NCBI GenBank assembly: GCA_951406725.2
Contig: OX597818.1
Coordinates: 103,912,001-103,976,000, forward strand
Direction: 5' to 3'
DNA length: 64,000 nt
Source: Octopus vulgaris
Taxonomy: Eukaryota
Both the position numbers and the translations under genes were made by a program. Under the pieces are notes generated by a model. That model searched no databases. It was not told where the DNA came from and saw nothing but the letters and a program-made list of their open reading frames with translations. Below are positions 54,296 through 64,000 of the stretch, piece by piece. Positions within the stretch are counted from its first letter, which is position 1; the number at the start of each line of letters is the position of its first letter.

Positions 54296-55399
54296 CATTT
54301 GTGTGAGGGGCGGTGTTGGGTTTTGAGTATGTCGATAGGTTCTTCATGTAGAATGTGCAGACGTAGATATATGCATATTGATTCAATCTGGAGTGTAACT
54401 AAAGCAAAGGTATATCAATGCTGTTGGCAATTAGTTTGCAAACGTAAGCAATACACAGTTCGCATTCCCAAAACTTTAGTTAATCTTGACTTATACCCCT
54501 ATGCCAACGTCTACGTTTTTATATGGCACGAAATGAAAATTCCTGACGAAGAGTGACGAAGTATTTCGTTATTTAACCGTGGACATAAATTTCACAGAGA
54601 GGCTCAATTTAAGCTTCTTTGTAAGTTTACTTGGGATGTGAACAAATAAAATGTTTATTATCAGAAGGAAGATAGATCTAAGATACCAGCTGAGGCGGAA
54701 CACACTTTGTTTGCTTAATTTAGCTACATTCTTTGGATATTTTTCCATATTATGCAAAGGATATGACATTTGTAGTAGTATTCCAGTGAATATATATGCT
54801 TATTTGGGGGCAATCCTAATATCTTACTGGCAAGATATATATTTCCGCTGTAATTGTTCCCTCTGATACGTTAATTCTCCATGAAAATGTCCTTCATATA
54901 TATCGACAATTACATGCGTATACATTTATGTAAATTGATATATACAATTATGTATATGTATATATGTGTATATACGCGCGTGTGTTTGCATGTGTGTTTT
55001 GCGGGTATATCCATGTCTGTGTGCATCAGTATGTATGTATTACTGTGCATATGTTGTGTGTGTTTGTGTACAACAAAATGGAATACCAAGAGTTGTATTT
55101 CTTCTTCATTATGTCAGAATTAAGATAAAAGCAATTTGTACATGCATGAGTGATTTTGATTTGGGGAATATATTCTGTGATTACAGATGTTTTCAATCGC
55201 AAATAAAGGAAAGCGCTTCCTTTGATCGGAATTGCCAAAGCGCTTACGTAATTGGAAAGGCATTTGTTTACCATAAATTCACTGTACATCGGATTAGAAG
55301 GGTGTTTGCATCAACTGATATATAGATCCTAGAAGGTTTTTCTAAACCCCAGTTAACATTTACAAATGAATAAACCAAAAGGAAACACACATACGCCCT

Positions 55400-55528
55400 C
55401 AAAGTGGCACGTACGCACAAATGCTGAGAAAAATAGTATATATGAGTGTGTATATGTATGGTAGCGTATGACGTACACGGTCTGCGTCTCTACTGCGTGT
55501 AAATGTGTATAGGTGTTATATCGTATTG

Positions 55529-55580
<52 letters not shown>

Positions 55581-55621
55581 TATACATACATATATATACA
55601 TATATATACATATATATATAC

Positions 55622-55679
<58 letters not shown>

Positions 55680-55728
55680 TTGTATATATATATATGTATA
55701 TGTATGTATATATGTGTATATGTATATA

Positions 55729-55765
<37 letters not shown>

Positions 55766-55790
55766 GAACAGAGAGATACATATATACATG
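55400..55790. repeat. Long compound (TA)n/(TACA)n microsatellite
   Basis: Direct reading. Confidence 0.9.
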
Positions 55791-56353
55791 TGTATGCGGT
55801 TGTGTATGTCTTCCTTCTTAATGCTGGAGTAAATATTTTGGAAATACCCACACTCGAGGAAGTATGGGAAGTCAAGTTTCAGGGAGACAATACAAATTTA
55901 AAATGAAATATCCCAGTTGCATATGGAAGACATTTCACAGTGACAAATTCCTGGGATGAATGAGTGGAGGGTAGGGCACTATCGTCTGTATAAAAGTATA
56001 ATTTCTTAGTTCAGGCTTCAGGCTAGCTGTACATGCGTAGCAGAAAAAAGGTGATCAACATATCAGATTTTAGTATAAATTTCACTTGATTCCTGGCCAA
56101 TGAGGAAGCTGTCAATACGCACCACGATGATGTAAACGTTCGACAACTTATATGCATTATGCAATTCGTCTTTGTCGGAATGGTTTCTGTGATTAATATT
56201 TTCAAATCGCAAATGACAATCTTTTGGAAGGAAATTGTAATACTCATATTCAGCTGAATATCGATTACAGTTCGGGTACTGGGGATACGTTTTTGGATAA
56301 TATTAATGCGACACCACTACTCAAGCTACCTATCGATTCTTTCACACCGAAGA

Positions 56354-56389
<36 letters not shown>

Positions 56390-56394
<5 letters not shown>

Positions 56395-56628
56395 TAGGAG
56401 TGGTTGTGTGGTAAGTAGCTTGCTTACGAACTACATGGTTCTTGGTTCAGTCCAGCTGCATGGCGCCTTGGGAACGTCTTTTCTACTATAGCCTCGGTCC
56501 GACCAAAGCCTTGTGAGTTGATTTGGTAGACAGAAACAGAAAGATGCGCGTTGTATATATGTATATGTATGTGGGTGTATATGTTTCTGCGTTTGTGTTT
56601 GTCCCCCCAACATCGCTTGACAGCCGAT
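56390..56628 (+). mobile_element. SINE family A, interrupted at 3'
   Basis: gcgtaggagtggttgtgtggtaagtagcttgc..catcgcttgacagccgatg. Confidence 0.9.
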
Positions 56629-56769
56629 GTATGAACAGACGATGAGTAAAGCACGGCGACATTTTCGATTACCCGTTTTTTATCCGTAGATTTATTGCAG
56701 TAACTTCGTTGTGTCGGTTGGGATAACAGTATTAATATGATAGGTGGAGTGAGTAAAATATTTTATTGG

Positions 56770-56811
56770 ATACGACACATGTTTCGACCCGTTCTGGGTC
56801 TCTTCGGGTAC
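56770..56811 (-). ncRNA. Minimal type-I HHR-like motif with intact stems (U4C variant)
   Basis: gtac-CCGAAGA-gaccc agaac gggtc-GAAACATGTGTC-gtat. Confidence 0.75.
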
Positions 56812-57655
56812 ATCAATAAGATATATATGTGTATATTTATCGGACTGTAAAAGAAAGTGTGCATGATACAACAACATAGGCGTGTAAGTAAAATGAGAGG
56901 AGAATATAGGGAAACAAAACCAAAAAAAATGTGTGTTCTCATAATGTTGATAACAGAAAGTTGGAAATTGAGCTTCAGTTAGATTTGGTTGCTGGGTATT
57001 ATGGTATTATAAATGTGAACTACACTACGATTGCATGCTTATATAAACGGCTGCTTTATATCAATTATAAATCATTGGAAACATGCTGAGACTTACGTAT
57101 TTATTAGTGAAGTACATTTCTAACATACTACTTGAGGCTGTTATTTAAATAAACATCATTCAAAACGAGCAAAATGAAACAATAAAAACCTGTTCTCCAA
57201 TGACAACATGTGACGTGAAGTATTAGAGAATGGAACAGCAGCAATCAGCGAGCCAAAGATAGAGACAGAAAATAGAATCGTATAAATGCCATGTATATAT
57301 GTCCTTATAGCGTCCCACTGATAGATGCTTTTATAATTTGAATAGTGGTTTTAGTTCAATATACAAACTTAATATAAAACTATCCAGGAAGTTTCTCATA
57401 AAGGGTATATTTTTTTTGCTTTTTCCTTACTTCATAGCATTTAGAGATTTACATAAGTACACAAACATATACACACATATGTATGTATATATATATATAT
57501 ATATATGTGTGTGCTTGTGTGTGTGTGTCTGCGCGTGTGTGCGTGTGTGTGCATGTGCGTGCGTTTGTGTGTATAAAGACCTTAGTTATACTGTTGGTTC
57601 GATGGTCATACGAGTGAGGAGTCTAATGTGGACACTACATTAGCATACTGGCATG

Positions 57656-57694
<39 letters not shown>

Positions 57695-57696
<2 letters not shown>

Positions 57697-58088
57697 CTTG
57701 TTTCAGTCATTTGACTGCGGCCATGATGGAGCACCGCCTTTAGTTGAGCAAATCGATCACAGCACTTATTCTTTGTAAGCCCAGTACTTATTCTATCGGT
57801 CTCTTTTGCCGAACCGCTAAGTGACGGGGACGTAAACACACCAGCATCGGTTGTCAAGCAATGCTAGGGGGACAAACACAGACACACAAACATATACGCA
57901 TACACACATATATATATATATATATCCATATATACGACAGGCTTCTTTCAGTTTCCGTCTACCAAATTCACTCACAAGGCATTGGTCGGTCCGGGGCTAT
58001 AGCAGAAGAAACTTACCCAAGATGCCACGCAGTGGGACTGAACCCGGAACCATGTGGCTGGTTAGCAAGCTACTTACCACACAGCCAC
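57695..58088 (-). mobile_element. SINE family A, young copy
   Basis: Highly similar to 50718-51172. Confidence 0.95.
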
Positions 58089-58112
58089 ATGTGTGCATGC
58101 ATATATGTATAC

Positions 58113-58194
<82 letters not shown>

Positions 58195-58566
58195 TGTATG
58201 TATACATATTCCTTTATTTTGTTACTGGTTCGTGCCAGACGATAAGGCCTTTTTTGGGCAATCACCTTATAGTGTGGTTGGTTTTCTTTTCTGTATTGTC
58301 TACGTTCAAGTAGCAAGTTAGTGTAGGAGACATCTTTTTTGTGTCTACTACTGCGTTATGGTCCCGTCAAATTTCAGGTAGAATCTTGATATGTGTGAAT
58401 ACTAACATTCCAATGGTGGTTCAAATTACCAGATCGTTCAGATATTACACTCAACAGATACTTTTTTCATTAATTACCTCGCACATATAGACATATTAGC
58501 AAGAAAATACTTGGGTTGAATCGATTCCAGTGTTATCAACTGATCCATCATATTCATTGTGGGTGT

Positions 58567-58700
<134 letters not shown>

Positions 58701-58797
58701 CGGGAAGCTTTATGAAAATAAACAAAAGACGAAGGCAGGTGGAAAACAAACGAACAATTGTATTAGTATGGCGCTCAGGAAATATAAATAAAACAAG

Positions 58798-58835
58798 TCT
58801 TTAACGTTTCGAGCCTACGCTCTTCAACAGAAAGA
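58798..58835 (-). ncRNA. Minimal HHR-like motif (A6U variant)
   Basis: tcttt-CTGTTGA-a-gagc gtag gctc-GAAACGTT-aaaga. Confidence 0.7.
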
Positions 58836-59003
58836 TACACAGAGAGAGAAAAACACAGAAAGAAGGGAGAAAAAAATGCGTGCAGTAGCTAACGAATCAA
58901 CATGGCGATCTGATTTCGGCCAGAGGTCAAAGATCAAACATGAGACGCGAGAGCGAAATAAGGGGAGATAATAGGGTTGATAAAAGGGTTGAGGGACCAG
59001 CTA

Positions 59004-59325
59004 ATAGTGCGTAGGAGGGGTCTGGATGTGTGTATGTATAGGGTTGGTGTATGTATTAGTATGTATAAGGTGTGTGTGTGTGTGTGTGTGTGTATGAGAG
59101 AGTATTAGTGCGTAGGATTGGTCTGGACGTGCGTATGTATGGGGTTGGTGTATGTATTAGTATGTATTAGTATGTATTAGTACGTATTGGTATGTATAAG
59201 TGTGTGTGTGTGTGTATGAGAGAGTATAAGTGCGTATGCGGGGTCTGGACGTGTGTATGTATAGGGTTGGTGTATGCATTAGTATGTACTAGTATGTATT
59301 AGTACGTATTAGTATGTATTAGTTG
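59004..59325. repeat. Three-copy minisatellite of about 100-120 bp inside the PLE 3' UTR
   Basis: agtgcgta..gtctgga..gggttggtgtatg repeated three times. Confidence 0.85.
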
Positions 59326-59951
59326 GTGTGTGTATTAGTATGGCACATCATATGTGATGTGATGTGTAAAGTCATGTGGTGTAGTGAGGAGAAGATGGGG
59401 AGGGGGAGAAGAGGGGGGAGAGAAGGGGAGGGGAAGAAGAGGGGGAGGAGGGGGGGAAGAGGAGAGGAGGGGGGAGGGGATGAAGGAGGAAAGAGGGAGA
59501 GGGGGAGAGAGAAGGGGAGAGAGGGAGTGAGGGAGCAGAGGGAAGGGGAAGAGGGAGGGAGAAAGAGGGAAGAAGGGAAGGGGAGTAGGGGTGAAAGGAT
59601 GAAGGACTGAAGAAGTAGGGGTCGGGGGGAAAGGATAGGTGAGGAGGGGGGAGAGGGGGGTTAGATGAGGAGGGGGGAGAGTTGAGACCAAATGGCGTAT
59701 AAGAGCGAAGAGAGAAGATTAATTCCTGTTCACGGCGCAAACGGGAATCCGGATGGCCTCTGTGTAAGGACAAACCGAACACAGATAGGTGTTGCAAGGA
59801 GTGACCGGTGGAGCGGAAATGGCGTGAGACCGGTGTGTCGTTCGCAAGGTGGATGTCACGAAGGTGTTCCGCGAACCGGTCAGCCAAGCGGCGTCCCGTT
59901 TGTCCGATGTACAAGGAATTGCAGAGAGAGCAAGAGATATATATATATATG

Positions 59952-60028
<77 letters not shown>

Positions 60029-60029
60029 A

Positions 60030-60185
60030 AGGGTGAAAAGGAACACACGAGTTGATATATATGAAAAAACAAGTCAAAATAGAAGATGCTAAGATAATTT
60101 TATAAAGAACATTTCAGTACTGGTTTCGGTCATTTTGAGACCTTTTCAACTGTTATTAAAAGAAAAGATTAAAAGAAAAGTTTTT
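60030..60185 (-). mobile_element. PLE-type 3' end with HHR-like motif (60115-60152), U3-A8 variant
   Basis: cag-TTGAAAA-ggtc tcaaaat gacc-GAAACCAGTA-ctg. Confidence 0.65.
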
Positions 60186-60307
60186 TTAAAGGAATATTTG
60201 TATATTGTTCAAATATAAGTGGCATTCTGCCTTTCTCTGTCTCCTTTGTTTGCACTTGTGTGTTCGAGGCCGTTGTGAATTCTTGGTAGGGTAGAAGAAG
60301 AAGAAGG

Positions 60308-60388
60308 TTGATGAAAAGTCTCCTAACACAAGCCCGAATACACTCTTCAACACAGAAGCCGACAGTAAAAAAATGTGGAAGACCCAAT
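60308..60388 (+). pseudogene. Small Neptune-like PLE linker fragment
   Basis: KSLLTQARIHSSTQKPTVKKCGRPN resembles KKLLTNAKLH..AVKKCARPN at 20355-20430. Confidence 0.65.
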
Positions 60389-60397
60389 ATATATATA

Positions 60398-60454
<57 letters not shown>

Positions 60455-60578
60455 GACACAGAAATGTGTCGAGGCCGACAGGAAGCGTCGATGCTTCCTA
60501 GGGCTACACAGCGGTGATGTAATTTCCTTACTGTCACGTTAAGTTGACAGTATACAACCACTCTGTTGCCTCACCAAC

Positions 60579-60629
<51 letters not shown>

Positions 60630-60630
60630 C

Positions 60631-60676
<46 letters not shown>

Positions 60677-60928
60677 GTAAATAAATGGAGTTAAACGCAG
60701 TTTACTTCCGATATATGTTTCTAATAACACCTGCTTTTAACTCCATTTATTTTTTTATATCTATTATACAAAATATTTCACATCGACCTGGAGTTTCTAC
60801 CTTTAAAATCGGGGCGTTATGTCCTTATTACTTGTGTGATTTTTTGCCATACTGGTAACTGTTTATTTTTTCCGTGTTAATTTTAAACTAGGGAAAATAG
60901 TTTTTCATAACGTTTTTTCAGATGGCCA

Positions 60929-60989
60929 GATAACCGAAGAGATGGTGTTGTGGATTTCCACTTCGGCATCTGAAAGTCAGAGTTTTATC
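60929..60989 (+). ncRNA. HHR-like motif with extended stem II (U4C variant)
   Basis: gataa-CCGAAGA-gatg..gtgg attt ccac..catc-t-GAAAGTCAGAGTT-ttatc. Confidence 0.65.
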
Positions 60990-61017
60990 TTGATTATTGA
61001 GTAATTGTACATATTAT

Positions 61018-61070
<53 letters not shown>

Positions 61071-61090
61071 CATATTTATGTATGTATGTG

Positions 61091-61122
<32 letters not shown>

Positions 61123-62082
61123 TGTATGTATCGGACCGTAAATGAATGTGTGTCGAGATATAAATAAAAGGGAACGAATTTCATTTGACATTGATATTTA
61201 GAGCCCGAACATATACACTACGTTTATCAATGAAAAATATTATCAACCGTCCGGTGTCATCGTGCTGGCTAGGGGTGGTAACATGTAAATATCCGTTTGA
61301 ATATCGATAGAAAATCTTATGCAGAGGACATACATTTTAGAGCCCATAATGCAATTCCTACCTTGACGTCAACTACGATTTTTCTCCACGCTGAAGGGGA
61401 CGGAAACAGTGTAAATAAATAATTCTGTGAACTATAAATCAGAATGTGAGCAATGCAATTCCACAGAGATAAATGGAAAGAAGGAGAGCTATTTTAAGAG
61501 ATTGGAACATAAATATTACATGAGCTTGGAGAACAGTCCAATATAAATTCAAAACTATCGACAAATATATAAATATATAGAAATATCTTAAATAAGGTTT
61601 TTAGAAGCATATTTTCTCTCACAATCTTACACCGTGTTATCTTAAACCGGCGTAATATTCATCTTAAAAGTTTAATTAAAAATATTGAATTTTCAGTCGC
61701 GGTTTGTCATTTAATATATTATAGAGAAACCATTTTATAAATCACATCACAAGCAGCAAATTCGTTATTCAATTTTTCAGTGCGTAGATTCCTTAGGTTA
61801 GGCTACTGTCCCAGAATGCATTAACTAAACACTGATATGAACAATGATGACTTGAAATTTACGTTTAATGTTCGCGGAAGATGGGGATGGGACGTCGATG
61901 TTCACCAAAGGCATGGCAGTGAATATATATTGCCCAATATTCAAATACTCATAGAGGTTTGTGTGCATTAATAAACTAAGTTAAAACTAGGACGCTGTGT
62001 TACGCGTACGTATGTACACACACACACACTCATATATAGATATACATGTACATATATATGCATATATCTATGCATATATATA

Positions 62083-62142
<60 letters not shown>

Positions 62143-62224
62143 AAATATATATACATATATATAGATATATATAAATATAAACACATACATACACAGACAC
62201 ACACACACTCACAAACATATAACA

Positions 62225-63065
62225 ATACGGAATTTTGCAATATTATTTTATTCACTCTTTTAGTTTTAGTTTTACACGTTTACACATTTATCGCTTTCAA
62301 ATTATTCTCTATTTGAAATAATGCATCGGTATACACGCGTTTTCCACTGTTCACAGCTGACCAAAATTGCTTACGAAGTGATGTCATTGCAAGGCCTCTG
62401 TCGTTTTTTTCTTCACCTCTTCCACATTTGCAAAACGTTTTCGTTTAAGAACATTTTTTTCTTTCGGGGCAACAAAAAAAAATGTTGACTGGAGTAAGAT
62501 CGTAAGCAAGTGGGGCACAAATTTTACAATAACTCCTTTCATTCGCAATTCCTCGCAACAGATTCGTTAGGATGAGATCCAGGACACAAAAGTCATATCA
62601 ACAAGTTTGTCAATTTTTCGGTGACGGTCCTCCAAGACCAGTTCATGAATTTTCATGATGTTTTCATTTGTTCGGGAGATCGACCGTCGACCTGAATGAA
62701 GTTGGTCATCAAGTGACAAGTGATCGTTCGTTAAGTGTGAAACCACTCGGAGACTTATGTTTTGCTCATAACAGCGTCCTTGTAAGCTGTTTGAAGCATG
62801 AAAACTACTTTGACCGCCGTTTTCCTCAGCCAAAAACGGTGTTTCACGAAAGCATGCTGTTTCTTCATTTCAGCCATCGCTAAAATCGATGAACAGGGGA
62901 GAAGCACCGCCAATGACGCACTTAGTGGAAATACGACATAATTAGACTTCTCTGGTCGGCAGATTGATACCTGGGGCTCGCCTCAAGTGACTTCTAGCTG
63001 GGGAAAGCCTCACAAGGGCTAACAATTGCTCTCTAATATCAATGTAAAACGATTATATTTACTTG
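62225..63065 (-). mobile_element. Mariner-type DNA transposon remnant
   Basis: LDDQLHSGRRSISRTNENIMKIHELVLEDRHRKIDKLVDM (mariner HTH region); C-terminal WKTRVYRCIISNRE; ends approximate. Confidence 0.8.
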
Positions 63066-63093
63066 TATTTTATGTAACTATTTATCATTGAAA

Positions 63094-63350
63094 GTGGAGG
63101 CGCGTTACTTAGTGGTTAGGGTGTCAGAATCATGATCGTAAGATTGTGGTTTCGATTCCTGGACCAGGCGACGCGTTGTGTTCTTGAGCAAAACACTTCA
63201 TTTCACGTTGCTCCAGTCCACTCAGCAGGCAAAAATGAGTAACGCTGCGATGGACTGGCGTCCCGTCCAGCTGGAGAACACATACGCCATTGAAACTGGA
63301 AAACCGGTCCCATGAGCCTGGATAGGTTTTAAAAGGGCGTATTTATTTAT
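63094..63350 (+). mobile_element. tRNA-derived SINE family D
   Basis: A box tagtggttagg, B box gtttcgattcc, body ttcttgagcaaaacactt..gcgatggactggcgtcccgtccag. Confidence 0.8.
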
Positions 63351-63696
63351 TTTTTTATATTTATTATTGAAAATAAGAGAAATGAACGTCAACCTGACAA
63401 AAGTCAGCAGCTTTTCATATTTGTGTTATGTTTTATTCCATGACCAAGCGTTTCAAATGTTACATCTTGCCTTTATTTTAAAGAAGGGTGTATTTAATGC
63501 TATATTGTTATGTAAATCGTTGAAGAAAAGCATCATGCTTTTTGTTTGTGTTTTTTGTACGTGAATGCGACTGATATTCCAAGGAGAGTTCTCAACGACG
63601 TACGTGAAGATTTTAGCGTAGACAATGTTTCATGTTGAAATATGTAGCCTGAATATCTCTATAAATGCATTACAATATGTTGCAGTTATACACGAT

Positions 63697-63862
63697 AGGA
63701 ATGGCTGTGTGGTAAGTTGCTTGCTTACGAACCACATTGTTCCGGGTTCAGTCCCACTGTGTGGCACCTTGGGCAAGTGTCTTCTACTATAGCCTCGGGC
63801 CGACCAAAGTCTTGTGAGTGGACTTGGTAGACGGAAACTGAAAGAATCCCGTCGCATATATG

Positions 63863-63918
<56 letters not shown>

Positions 63919-64000
63919 TGTGTGTATGTTTGACAACCGATGCTGGTGTGTTTACGTCCCCACATCTTAGCGGTTCAGCAAAAGAGACAGATTGAATAAG
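63697..64000 (+). mobile_element. SINE family A, runs off the window end
   Basis: Similar to 37311-37710. Confidence 0.95.

Noticed and set aside
60679-60752. 20-bp inverted repeat ataaatggagttaaa
   Set aside because: Short and AT-rich; may be a collapsed fold-back remnant, but there is no further support
63094-63170. tRNA-like sequence
   Set aside because: Continues into a SINE body and lacks a complete acceptor stem; treated as a SINE head, not a tRNA gene

Overview
AT-rich, microsatellite-dense eukaryotic intergenic or intronic DNA. The dominant tRNA-derived SINE families suggest an octopus (cephalopod) genome; this is recognition from memory, not a search result. No host protein-coding gene is supported, and almost all listed ORFs are microsatellite artefacts. 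The recognisable coding remnants are all transposon-derived: Penelope-like elements (PLEs; RT plus GIY-YIG, several families), two R4/Dong-type RLE LINEs in (TAA)n/(GAA)n, a CR1/L2-type 3' end, mariner and Chapaev-like transposase fragments, MITEs and many SINEs. The main signal is at the RNA level: about 18-20 hammerhead-ribozyme (HHR)-like motifs sit in short (TA)n-flanked elements or PLE 3' ends. Most are minimal type-I motifs with palindromic stem III, and together they show all four Watson-Crick combinations at the core 3-8 pair. Three occur in head-to-head palindromes. Two elements with different sequences (49558-49689 +, 38518-38592 -) carry the same non-circularly permuted, double-pseudoknotted hammerhead arrangement, which is the best candidate for something undescribed. 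All pairings were read by eye, coordinates are approximate, and catalytic activity is untested.
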